64,000 nucleotides of DNA from Planctomycetota bacterium (GTDB taxonomy: Bacteria > Planctomycetota > PLA2 > JAEUHO01). The notes beneath the pieces are model-generated. The model was not told the origin of the DNA. It saw only the letters and a list, made by a program, of their open reading frames with translations, and made no database searches. The stretch is taken from assembly GCA_965222115.1 (NCBI GenBank), contig CBDCTJ010000007.1:2272001-2336000 (forward strand), given 5' to 3'. Each line of letters begins with the position of its first letter. Position 1 is the first letter of the stretch. Below are positions 39,250 to 49,500 of the stretch, in pieces. The translations under genes and the position numbers were made by a program.

Positions 39250-40206
39250 CTAGCTGCCAGACGCTCCGTCATAGGTTCCGTCGGTCAGCTCAAGGAACTT
39301 GGATTCGAGTGTGGCGCCCTCGTGGAACGCTCGAATGACAAGTCCGTAGTCGGTTGTCAAGAGCTTTTGAATCTGGTGCAGTGCTTCGGCTTTGTCCTCG
39401 GGTGCGATTGAGTTGAGCGACACATTGAATTCGGTCGTAGACGTTGCGTCCACAGACTTGACAATAGGCAATTGCAGAAGTGCCTCGTTCGCGGCATCTG
39501 GCAACTCCGACATCAGGGATATGCGCAGGAGTACGCCCTCGGATGTGAGCTCCGCCATTGACGCGGCACGAACGAGCTTCCCTTGGTGCAAGACGACGAT
39601 GTGGTCGCAGATGTCTTGGATTTCTCGCAAGTTGTGACTGCTCACCATCACAGTCTGATCGCCATGGTACGACGTCATAAGGTCCCGCATTTTGCGCGCG
39701 TTGTCTGGGTCCAGCCCCGCCGTTGGCTCGTCCAAAAAGACGACTTCCGGGGTACCGATGAATGCCTGGCAAAGCGCTACACGCTTAAACATGCCGTGAC
39801 TGAGCGTTGCTGCGCTACGCCCGGCGATTTCTCGCAGCCCGACCAAATCAAGCGCCTGCACGGCCTGCTTGCGCGCCTCACTCAACGAGGCGCCTCCGAG
39901 CCGCGCGAACATGACCAATTGTTCGACAACCGGCGCGCCGCGTTGAAAGGCTGCGTCCTGAGGCAACATGGAGAACCGACCGCAAAGTTCGCCAATCGTT
40001 GACACATCGACGCCCAGCACGCGTACGGTCCCTTGGGTGGGGCGCAAGAATCCGGCTGCGATCGAAAACAGTGTAGTCTTCCCGGCGCCATTGGGACCAA
40101 TCAGTCCACACAACGCGCCGCGCGGCACATCAAACGATACATCGTCCAGCGCGCGCGACGCGCCAAAGTGCTTGGACAGTCCTTGAAAGGAGACGGCCGT
40201 TTCCAT
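39250..40206 (-). CDS. ABC transporter ATP-binding protein
   Basis: GPNGAGKTT, LSHGM, FLDEPTAGLD and SSH motifs. Confidence 0.92.
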   Translation of the reverse strand: METAVSFQGLSKHFGASRALDDVSFDVPRGALCGLIGPNGAGKTTLFSIAAGFLRPTQGTVRVLGVDVSTIGELCGRFSMLPQDAAFQRGAPVVEQLVMFARLGGASLSEARKQAVQALDLVGLREIAGRSAATLSHGMFKRVALCQAFIGTPEVVFLDEPTAGLDPDNARKMRDLMTSYHGDQTVMVSSHNLREIQDICDHIVVLHQGKLVRAASMAELTSEGVLLRISLMSELPDAANEALLQLPIVKSVDATSTTEFNVSLNSIAPEDKAEALHQIQKLLTTDYGLVIRAFHEGATLESKFLELTDGTYDGASGS

Positions 40207-41105
40207 TACAAATCTCGCCGATGAAACGCTCGTATTCCCAAAAACAAGAAAAACGCGGTCATGGCCAACAGCACAGTCACGGCCACAAGCCTTGTCATCA
40301 TATCGGGTGAGAGCGAATCGTATTTCCAACCCCAAGGCAGAAGTCGATCAAGCCAGGCTTGGTCTCCGGGGATTTGGCCATTGAGATATTTGAGGCCGAT
40401 TATTGGGATGCCGACCGCCAAAAGACACATAACTAGTGATGCCACCGATTGGCCGCTCGCGGATGATATCCATCCGCAGAGCGCCAGATAAGGAAGCGAA
40501 AGAACGAGGCACGCCACATAGCCCTGGAGAACCCAGGCAAGAATGTTTCCGAAACCATAGATTTTAGAGAACTTTAGGCCCACAAATACGAGCATCACAA
40601 GAAACAGTATCGTGCAAGACACGAAGAGCGATTTGCATGCACCTAGGAATCGCCCAACGTACACGTTGACCCGTTCAGTCCTCAACAGGAGATAGCGCAA
40701 GCCCTTACTGCCGATATCGCCTGCGGTTTGGTTGTAGCCCGCGGTGCAGGCGACAAACGGGAAGAACAACAGAAAGATCACCAAGATAGCGCTCACAAGC
40801 GCAGGCTGTTCTCTCAGCATATATTCCGTTTGGCGTGGGTCACCCGTTACAAATGCCATGGTATCGGAAACGAGCTCTTCTTTGGCGACCTTGTCGATTT
40901 GCGCTAGCGTTTCCGCTTCGTGGTGTCCTGCTTCGCGCCCCTTTTGTAAGGCCATGTCGATGGGCATGATGAGTGCCGACATGATGATGATGCCCACAAG
41001 CAAAGTGGCGAGAAGTGAAGCGATTCCACCTGTTGTGCGGTACGTAAACTTCGACCAGTAGTGGGAGACGAGGCGCACGTGCCGCCAGCGAAGCCCGGTT
41101 AGCAT
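40206..41105 (-). CDS. ABC-2 type transporter permease
   Basis: Six TM segments, GLRYLLLR and terminal FHRRDL. TAATG coupling to the ATPase. Confidence 0.82.
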   Translation of the reverse strand: MLTGLRWRHVRLVSHYWSKFTYRTTGGIASLLATLLVGIIIMSALIMPIDMALQKGREAGHHEAETLAQIDKVAKEELVSDTMAFVTGDPRQTEYMLREQPALVSAILVIFLLFFPFVACTAGYNQTAGDIGSKGLRYLLLRTERVNVYVGRFLGACKSLFVSCTILFLVMLVFVGLKFSKIYGFGNILAWVLQGYVACLVLSLPYLALCGWISSASGQSVASLVMCLLAVGIPIIGLKYLNGQIPGDQAWLDRLLPWGWKYDSLSPDMMTRLVAVTVLLAMTAFFLFLGIRAFHRRDL

Positions 41106-41255
41106 CGATTGCGCCAAGGCAAGTGTCTCCCGGTGGAGCCGACAACGAAAAACGGCGAGACGGACGTAGGCACGTGCCTTAGAACGACGTCGGAACGAAG
41201 CCTCCGACCCATGGGTGACATCGCCACGGGTATAGAGAAAACGGGCAAGCAACAA

Positions 41256-41329
41256 TGGAGGCACCGTCCGGAATCGAACCGGAGTACACGGATTTGCAAT
41301 CCGTTGCCTAACCACTCGGCCACGGTGCC
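41256..41329 (-). tRNA. tRNA-Cys (GCA)
   Basis: GGCACCGTGGCCGAGTGGTTAGGCAACGGATTGCAAATCCGTGTACTCCGGTTCGATTCCGGACGGTGCCTCCA, with CCA encoded. Confidence 0.97.
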
Positions 41330-41497
41330 ACGTTCGCGCTCGGAAAACCGAGCAGGTCCGATAGGAAACAACGGCGTTCGGGCGAAGGCAAGATCGGCGT
41401 AGGCGGCGCCGCTAATGTTCATGTGAGCGCAGCAAATGGGGGTTTCAGGATTCTCCCGGCAGGCGACCCCGCTCATGACGTTATGACGTGGAGGACC

Positions 41498-43378
41498 ATG
41501 ACGACCCACCAACGACGGCAACTGATGCGCTTGGTCACGCAGTATGCGCGGCGCGGTTGGTCTGTGGCGTATGGGCTCCTGCGCGATGCCGACGAGGCCT
41601 ACGACGCCGTGCAACAGGGCTACATGGTAGCGGCCCGGAAACCGCACGCGATTCCCGAGGACGATCCCTGGCCCTGGTTTGGTGTGGTGGTTGCTCACGA
41701 GGCGAGAAATCTCCGTCGCAAGAAGCGACCCACGACCAATCGCGATGTGCAGCCGAGCCTCGCAGTCGAGGGATCCGACCCGCAGGCGGTGACCCATGAA
41801 CGTGAGTTGATGCAGCGCGTTCGTGAAGCCATCGATTCGCTGCCGCTCGATGAACGCGATGCTGTCACGTTGATTCACATGACTGGTATGACCCACGCGG
41901 CGGCAGCCGAGGCGCTGGATGTGCCTCGACAGACCGTCACGCTTCGCGCCAAGCGCGGGTTAGAAAGGCTCGCCCACCGCCTTCGCGCGCCGTTGCCAGA
42001 GATTCCTCGTTATGTGGCGGGAATATCCGTCGCAGCGCCTACGTTTGGTTGGGATGTTGCAAAGGCACAGTGGAGTGCCAACGCCTTGACGTCATCAACA
42101 ATCGGGGCAACGACGCCGGTTGCAACGTCCGTCACTGCCGCAGGAGGAGTTGCCGTGGCAACGAAACCAATCTGGATCGTATCGCTCTTGACGGCGTTTG
42201 GCCTTGGGCTTGTGGGTGGGGGCGTATGGCAAGCCTCTCGCACGTCAGCGGCCGATGCGTCGGCGTCGCAACAGACAAAGGAAAATGCCAGCCTCACGGG
42301 TCCGTCCGATGCCACACCCAAGCTCAAGTCAAGTTCGTCGGAGGCGGCGGGTGATGAAGCGACGTCGGCCGAAGCGTGGGCGCGATTGAGATCAGAGAAT
42401 GAGATCCTGCGACGCAAGATGGAGGAACTCTCGAAGCGACTCGAAGAAGCCAAACGCAAGATTCCCGATCACAAGGGACCGCTATTCACCTTTGGGCCCG
42501 TTGGGCAACTGCCTGCCGTACGCGACGCCAATTGGCGCTATCTTGCACATGCATCCAAGGTAGTCAGCGATGTGCTCCGCGAACGATTGCGATATCGCGA
42601 TGCCGGGGAAGCCGTACCGAGAGAACTGAATATTCGCATGCAGGAACACACTGAACAGGTGCGTACCTACGAATACCGCACATTGGATCGCATTGCTAGC
42701 GACGCGAGACACAACGGGGAGCTCACACATCCCATTAGCCTCTGCAACCTTCTGGGGGCTATGGTGGAAGAAGCTGGCCATTCGCTCACCGAGGATCAAG
42801 TCGCAGCGATTACGACGTTGGGCAAGGTGTTTGATAAGCAGTACGAAGACCTGCGCAAGCAGCTCGAGGGTGCACCCCGCGTGAAACGGATCGTGGAGGA
42901 GTACCGATTGAAGGGGCGCTTTGTTGAGGACCTCAAGGGTGTGTTGACCCCGGAACAACGCGCCGTGGCCTACAACGAAGCCACGGAGGGCATGGCGGGC
43001 TTGGATCTCTATTGCCCCACGCTCATGATTCTGCACACCTCGCCGGTGATTGGCGGCACGAGCGCCGACGAGATTGGCACCAAGCTAACCGAGATACTCA
43101 TTCGTAAGTACGGCATTGCGGACGAGCATCAGGCGTCACTTGCACGCATCGTTGCTTCCTGGACTCAGGCTACGTCATCTCTTGTATCGAACGTCGTGCC
43201 AGAAAACCGCGTCCGCAATTACACGTTTGCCGAGGGCCTATCTGCCGGTGAAGCCACCGTTGCCCTCGTCGATCAACTGCTCCGCGATATCGAGTTGACA
43301 GACGAAGCCAAAAAGAAGGTCATGGATGACTACGCCATCTATGTGCCGCGTCGGGTTGTGGAGGGCGAGGGGAAGTAG
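41498..43378 (+). CDS. ECF sigma-70 factor with long TM-anchored C-terminal extension
   Basis: GGAGG SD, AYDAVQQGY region 2, LPLDERDAVTL...AAAEALDVP region 4, and a TM at about residue 230. Confidence 0.82.
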   Translation: MTTHQRRQLMRLVTQYARRGWSVAYGLLRDADEAYDAVQQGYMVAARKPHAIPEDDPWPWFGVVVAHEARNLRRKKRPTTNRDVQPSLAVEGSDPQAVTHERELMQRVREAIDSLPLDERDAVTLIHMTGMTHAAAAEALDVPRQTVTLRAKRGLERLAHRLRAPLPEIPRYVAGISVAAPTFGWDVAKAQWSANALTSSTIGATTPVATSVTAAGGVAVATKPIWIVSLLTAFGLGLVGGGVWQASRTSAADASASQQTKENASLTGPSDATPKLKSSSSEAAGDEATSAEAWARLRSENEILRRKMEELSKRLEEAKRKIPDHKGPLFTFGPVGQLPAVRDANWRYLAHASKVVSDVLRERLRYRDAGEAVPRELNIRMQEHTEQVRTYEYRTLDRIASDARHNGELTHPISLCNLLGAMVEEAGHSLTEDQVAAITTLGKVFDKQYEDLRKQLEGAPRVKRIVEEYRLKGRFVEDLKGVLTPEQRAVAYNEATEGMAGLDLYCPTLMILHTSPVIGGTSADEIGTKLTEILIRKYGIADEHQASLARIVASWTQATSSLVSNVVPENRVRNYTFAEGLSAGEATVALVDQLLRDIELTDEAKKKVMDDYAIYVPRRVVEGEGK

Positions 43379-43440
43379 TAGACGTCCGGACCCCGCAAAA
43401 AAGTGCCGGGTGTAAATTTGCGAGGTTCGCGTGTCTCCCT

Positions 43441-43628
43441 TCACCCTTCACCCGTCACTCGTCACCCGTTACCCATAACCCGTACTCAAGGGCGGGCATC
43501 CGATGAACGATTCGCGCAGCCTTAACGTGGACGTGGACGTGGACGTGGACGTGGACGTGGACGTGGACGTGGACGTGGACGTGGACGTGGACGTGGACGT
43601 GGACGTGGACGTGGACGTGGACGTGGAC
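43441..43628 (+). repeat. Heptamers + core + (GTGGAC)17 (43527-43628)
   Basis: Read directly from the sequence. Homologous to 3918-4010. Confidence 0.93.
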
Positions 43629-43677
43629 GTGTGGTGGCCACGTGAATACCGCTTGTGAGCGACACCCATAACGCACC

Positions 43678-43833
43678 GAACTGATTGTTGTGTGACGTGA
43701 AGGCTCACTGGGCAACACCCGCTTGGGAAGTGCTACGTGCATGCCCCATTCGCCACGAGGGCGAGGGCACGCACTCGCATTCCCGCGGGTGCTTCCTCGT
43801 GGAGATTCTCGTATGTCACACAGCAATCAGTTC
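43678..43833 (+). other. Structured 5' leader of four-helix-bundle copy C
   Basis: 43678-43698 pairs fully (with G-U) with 43813-43833. Inner hairpin at 43716-43791. Confidence 0.7.
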
Positions 43834-44199
43834 TCGGTTACTTCCACAGCGAGTCGACTTGAACGATTCGACGTATATCGAATCGCACGGCGTGCCGCGG
43901 CTAGCATTCACAAGCTCTGTGGATCGCTGCCTCGAGGCAACGCCGAGCTTGCGAGCCAAGCTCGACGAGCCTCTACAGCCGTTGTCCTCAACATCGCAGA
44001 GGGCATCGGACGTGCTGGCGCGGGCGCAAAACACCGCTCGTTCTCCATCGCGCGCGGCGAATGCGTCGAGGCGGCAGCAGCCCTCGACCTCATGCAGGCG
44101 ATGGGCATCCTTGCCGGTGCGAGTGCGGCCCCAACGCTCCGCGACCTGGATCGTGTACGTGCGATGTTGAATGCGCTCATTCGTCACTGGAGAGAGTGA
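43813..44199 (+). CDS. Four helix bundle protein (23S rRNA-IVP / bAvd-like family), copy C
   Basis: 128 aa and nearly identical to copy B, with many synonymous differences. Confidence 0.88.
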   Translation: MSHSNQFSVTSTASRLERFDVYRIARRAAASIHKLCGSLPRGNAELASQARRASTAVVLNIAEGIGRAGAGAKHRSFSIARGECVEAAAALDLMQAMGILAGASAAPTLRDLDRVRAMLNALIRHWRE

Positions 44200-44217
44200 G
44201 AGGCGCCCATTCCAAGT

Positions 44218-44388
44218 TCCCGTCACCCGTTACCCGTACTCAAGGGCGGTCATCCGAAGATCGATTCACGCCGCTTTGACGTGGACGTGGACGTGGACGT
44301 GGACGTGGACGTGGACGTGGACGTGGACGTGGACGTGGACGTGGACGTGGACGTGGACGTGGACGTGGACGTGGACGTGGACGTGGAC
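44218..44388 (+). repeat. Heptamers + core + (GTGGAC)18 (44281-44388)
   Basis: Read directly from the sequence. Homologous to 3149-3325. Confidence 0.93.
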
Positions 44389-44395
44389 GTGTATG

Positions 44396-44479
44396 TAGGC
44401 CAGGTGGGACTCGAACCCACATAGGTTTTCACCCGGGGGATTTTAAGTCCCCTGCGTATACCAATTCCGCCACTGGCCC
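44396..44479 (-). tRNA. tRNA-Leu (TAA), CCA not encoded
   Basis: GGGCCAGTGGCGGAATTGGTATACGCAGGGGACTTAAAATCCCCCGGGTGAAAACCTATGTGGGTTCGAGTCCCACCTGGCCTA, with a long variable arm. Confidence 0.95.
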
Positions 44480-45241
44480 GCGGACGTACACGGTACCGCA
44501 GACGCAGCCGCTGGCTATCAGCGTGCATCGAGGGAATCGACTGCAAGATTTGCGATTCGGTTCACTGTGGAGTCGATCGCTTGCCAATCAAGAATCTCCC
44601 CTTCGCAATCGGATCGATGGGGCGAAGGTAGCGTGCGTTCGTGGAGGCCGCCGCGTAGTCCTCTACGCAAGAACGACACGGGCGTGCGGGACCGAGCATC
44701 CATCGGTCAGCACCTGAATCGGGCCCAGCATCTCGCATAACCCAATCTCATGACGGTGTGCTGACATGGGAGAAGACAAACTACCTACCTTCGCCCTGCG
44801 TCTCGATTGATCTGACCGAACTCGACATGCAGAACCCACTACACTGGTGCGCCATGAGACATTGTCCTTGAAGGTGCCTTGGGCGGGCAGGGAGGTCGTC
44901 GTGAAGCGTTTTCGATCGAGTCGCTACAAGTCGGTGCGAATGGCGACGATGGTATTTGCGTGCTTGGTGGGTGGGGGACTTCTCGGCTGTGCATCCAGTC
45001 CCGGCTGAGGCCCCGGAGGATGTGGTGACGGGCCGGAGGCCGCGTCCGATATTGCCATTGATTCTCCGGGTCGCGTACGTCGCAGCAGCTTGTTTCAGCG
45101 CGCCAGCCGACCGAACAAGAACACCAAGTACGGGGCGAACAATAAGGACTATTCGCACCCTTGGCCATAGCGCTTAGTCGGGTCGCTTGCGATAACGACG
45201 GATCTGCTACGATGGAATCGCCTTGCGATAGGAGGACTCGA

Positions 45242-45457
45242 ATGTCACGCGCACACATTCGTTTAGCACTTGTACTTGCTTTCTTGCTTGTGCTTCCCGT
45301 GGGTCTTGCCGGTTGTCAATCGGAACGTGGATATACCGATGGCGTGGGCATTCCGTCGCCCTTCTCAAGCTCAGGGCGACCCGTATATTCCGGCAGCGAA
45401 GGCAGCCGCGAGGGTCTCGGCGCCAAGGACAAAGACTACGTGCATGCGTGGCCCTAG
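45242..45457 (+). CDS. Small lipoprotein
   Basis: AGGAGG SD, hydrophobic stretch and LAGC lipobox. Confidence 0.7.
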   Translation: MSRAHIRLALVLAFLLVLPVGLAGCQSERGYTDGVGIPSPFSSSGRPVYSGSEGSREGLGAKDKDYVHAWP

Positions 45458-45477
45458 ACCACACGGCACGCCAACTG

Positions 45478-45678
45478 CCCGTTTCCCGTATCCTCCGTCA
45501 CCCGTGTCCCCGTAATCCGTTACCCGTGTCCCCGTAATCCGTTACCCGTGAACCGCCCGATGATCGATTCGTCCCGCGTCTAGGAGGTCGAGAACAGATA
45601 GGCGAAGCCCATATGCGCGAGACCCCGGTAAGCACCAGCGGATCTTTGATCCGCGCGGTGAGCATCGAAGGGTGGACG
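45478..45678 (+). repeat. Degenerate composite repeat (heptamers, core remnant, GAGACCC..GTAAGCACCAGCGGATCTTTGATCCGCGC..TCGAAGGGTGGAC)
   Basis: Homologous to 3918-4100 and 8684-8846. Confidence 0.8.
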
Positions 45679-45843
45679 GGAAATGGGAAACACCCGTCTC
45701 TATCGGAGGAGTAATTGATCGCCGCGAGTGGGCTCATCTCGCGCAGAGGGAACACGCCCCCTTATCGGCAGGCCAATAGCGTGCGAGTTGGATCATATAT
45801 ATCCATTTTGGATAATTTCTGGCCAGTATGGTGGGATCAGGGC

Positions 45844-46113
45844 ATGAATGTGTCACTCTCCGAGGATCAGAAGAAGTTCATCGAGGACGCCATCCAGGGC
45901 GGTCGCTACTTTTCGTCCGCTGAGGTCGTGCGTGCCGGACTTCGATTGCTCATGGAAAGAGAGGAATCACGAAGGGCGCAGCTTGAACGACTCAGAAACG
46001 GAATACAGCTCGGCCTTGACGACATAGAGAATGGCAATGTAGTTGACGCAGGAGAGTTTTTTCAAGCGTTGAGGGAGCAACTATTGGCCCGCAAGTCGGC
46101 TGCGGACGAGTGA
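45844..46113 (+). CDS. Type II antitoxin, ParD family
   Basis: MNVSL...GGRYFSSAEVVRAGLRLL...LRNGIQLGLDD. Palindrome TATCCA-TTT-TGGATA at 45800-45814 upstream. Confidence 0.9.
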   Translation: MNVSLSEDQKKFIEDAIQGGRYFSSAEVVRAGLRLLMEREESRRAQLERLRNGIQLGLDDIENGNVVDAGEFFQALREQLLARKSAADE

Positions 46114-46415
46114 GCCGAAGCATCCTTTCCGCACGTGCATCGAGAGACATTGATGCGATTGTGGCGTTTATCGCAGGTGACTCTATTGATGCGGCCCTTC
46201 GCATGATTGACGAATTTTACGACGCGTGCGCCCTGACCTTCGCTCATCCCGGAATAGGTCACGTCCGACCCGATCTTATTAATGACGACCATGTACGCTT
46301 TTGGTCAGTCCGCGCATTCTTGCTGATTTACCGCGTATTCGATTCGAAGCCAATCGTAGTTCGCGTCGTTGACGGACGCAGAGACGTCCCGAACATTCAA
46401 CTGGACAACGATTGA
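46110..46415 (+). CDS. Type II toxin, RelE/ParE family
   Basis: GTGA overlap and LSARASRDIDAIVAFIA...HPGIGHVRPDL...LLIYR...VVRVVDGRRD. Confidence 0.9.
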   Translation: MSRSILSARASRDIDAIVAFIAGDSIDAALRMIDEFYDACALTFAHPGIGHVRPDLINDDHVRFWSVRAFLLIYRVFDSKPIVVRVVDGRRDVPNIQLDND

Positions 46416-46570
46416 CTCGCTTCTTCGTGTCCTTCGCGAGAGCCACTCCACTGCTTCTTGGCTCGTTCCGCGTTCCGCCGGCCTTAGCCCCCGCCAATTG
46501 CGTTCCACAACGCTTGCGCTCCCAGCGCCTCCGCAACATTGCGTCTCTGCGTGAGGCAAGTCGCGAACAG

Positions 46571-49500
46571 CTACGCCCCCAAATCATCCACCTTTAAGTC
46601 ATCTTCAATGTGTAGCGCGGGATCGTAGGGGAGATCGCGTTGCCAAGAATGGCCGAAGGCCCAGCGAAGGTTGGCGCGTTGGTCTTCGATGATGAGATAG
46701 AAGCAGGGGATAAGCACCAAGATGAGCAGCGTGGCGAATGCGAGGCCGAACACAATCGATACGGCCATGGGAATCAGGAACTGGGCTTGAAAGCTGGTTT
46801 CGAGCATGAGGGGCGCAAGACCCACGCATGTGGTGATGGACGTAAGGAGAATCGCGCGGACGCGACCGCGGGCGCCCTGAACCAACGCTTCGCGTGTGCG
46901 CATGCCGCTGCGACGAAGACGGTTGACGTAGTCCACAAGAATCAATCCGTCATTAACAACAATGCCTGCCAGCGCAACCGAGCCAATCATCGAAAGTAGC
47001 GTAAAGGGATAGCCCAAGAGTGCATGGCCGCCGATGGCGCCAACGAACGAGAATGGAATCACACCCATGACAATGATCGGCTGAACGTAGGAGCGAAACA
47101 CGATGGCAATGATCATGAAGATTACGAGCAGCGCGAGAGGAAAGAGGATCCTGAGAGACCCCAAAGACTCTTGAAGCTCCTTCTTTTCACCCTCAAATCG
47201 CACCGACGCACCACGAAACTCATTGCCGAGCGTGGCGAGTTTCGTCTCCAGAACCTTACTGATTTCATTGACGTTGGCCTTTTGCGTGTCGACTTCGGCC
47301 CGGACCGTGGCGGTGCGTTTGCCATCCACGCGACGCAATGCCGCGTAGCCGCGTTCGGTCGTGAATGTGGCGATCTCCGATAGCTTGGTGCGCTCGCCGC
47401 TTGGCAGTTGCACACGAATCTCACCAAGATCATCGAGGTTTTGACGGTAACGCTCCGGCAACATGACGCGAACCGTCACCTCGTCACGCCCCACTTGAAG
47501 GTCTTGTGCCTCGAATCCAAAAAGTGCGTTTCGAAGTTGAATGGCAAGGCCCGTCGTAGTGACTCCTAGGATCCGTGCGTCCGGGCGCAAGCGTATACGC
47601 GCTTCGAGTTTTCCGAGTTGTAGATCGTCATAGAGTTCTTCTACGCCGTCAAAGGAACGCACCAACTTGCTGACGTGTACGACGGCCCGTCGCAGCGTTT
47701 CTGGCTCGTCGCAGCGCACTTGAATCTCAATGTCGGGCCCCTGCGGGCCTCCACCCAGCGCCTTCCAGCTCAGCCGCTCAACGCCTGCAAACTCAGAGGA
47801 TTGCTTGCGTAGATCGCTCAGCAAGACGCCCGATACGCGCAATCCCTTGGATTCTCGATCTTCTGCGGGCACCAATTCCATGGTGACTTGTCCCACTGTG
47901 GCGGGATCGTTTGCGATCTCCTTACCGCGATCATTGAACGACGCACCCACGACCGTGAATACGGTTTGAACTTCCGGCTGCTTTGAGACCAGACGTTCGA
48001 TTGCAGCGAGTGTGCGCACGGTTTCTGCTTCGGGTGTGCCGGCCGCCATCTCAAGACGCGCGGTAACCGTTTCCGCATCGGTGTCCTGCAACAAGACGAA
48101 TGGAACAATACCGCCGGCAACCAGTCCAGCAGACGCCATCAACAGGCTCGTCACAAGCGCTACCGTCACGTAGCGCCAACGAAGGGCGAATCGAACGAGG
48201 CCTTCTAAGGCATTGGGGATGATGACTTCAAAGATCCGATGCCGCGCTTCCCCGAAACGATGGAAGAACCCTCGAAGGCCCGTAGCGTCCTTTCGGGTCG
48301 TCTTGTTGCCGTGGGCCAAATGTCCCGGAAGAATCAAAAATCCTTCGATCAAAGATACTGACAATGCGGCGATCACCACCACGGGCAATACGCCCAGGAA
48401 AGCACCCATACGTCCTTCAATAAACATGAGCGGCAAAAACGCGGCAATGGTCGTAGATACTGCCGCAATGACCGGCCACGTAACCTCGCGCGCCCCCAAC
48501 TCCGCCGCTGCAAGTGGTGCGAGGCCCTGTCGTCGTCGTCGAAAGATGTTTTCGCCAATGACAATGGCGTCATCCACGATGAGGCCGAGCACCACAATCA
48601 AGCCAAACATGCTGATGAGATTGATCGATGCACCAAATGCGTACATGAGAATAAACGTGCCCATAAACGACACGACCAAGCCAATAGCTACCCACAACGC
48701 GATGCGCAATTCCAAGAACACCGCAAGCGCGATCAATAGGAGAATGAACCCAGCCAACGCATTGCGCGTCATCAAATCGAGACGCTGGCGGATAAAGCGG
48801 CTGAGGTCCGTCGTGACCGAGAGTTTGACCGCGCCGCCCAGTTTGGTGGGGTTGTTCTTGACGTAGGCCGTCACCTGATCCGATATCTTGATTGCATCTT
48901 GCTCAGGTGACTTAAATACGTTGATCGAAATGGCTCGCTTGGAGGCAAATCGCCCCCGCGCTACGACATCTTCAAAGGCGGGCTGAATATCGGCGATGTC
49001 GCGCAGCAATACCGCCGTGCCATCGGGCCTTGTGACGACCACCTTTTCTTCCAGTTCTGCCACGGTGCGCGATTCACCGAGCGTGCGCACCCGTACATTG
49101 GACGTGAGTCCCTTGAGTTGACCGCCGGGGACGTCTTCATTGAGCGCCCGAAGGACGCGGCCGACCGTTTCAAACGTGAGCCCGTACTGCTCCAACATCT
49201 CAGGACGTAATGTGATGTGGTACTCGCGCTCACGCGAACCCGTAACAACGAGCTCTGTGACTTCGGGCAACTCAAGTAAATCGTCTTGAACCTCCTCCGA
49301 AATCGCTCGCAATCGCTCCTCACTCACGTCGCCGTGGACTACCACCGCAATGGCGGGAATGTAGGGCCGCTGCTCAACGATTTCGGGTTCTTCGGCACCA
49401 TCGGGCAAGTCGGGTTTGACCTTGTCGAGCTCGGCCCGCATATCTTCGAGCACCTGCGCGCGATCCGCGCCATCGTCTACTTTGCCAACGATGAGTGTGA

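Noticed and set aside
41099-41896. ORFs spanning tRNA-Cys, including the long 5' extension of the permease
   Set aside because: They overlap a clear tRNA and the ECF gene. The permease start was reassigned to 41105.
44781-45258. Overlapping minus-strand ORFs upstream of tRNA-Leu
   Set aside because: No frame has convincing composition or motifs.
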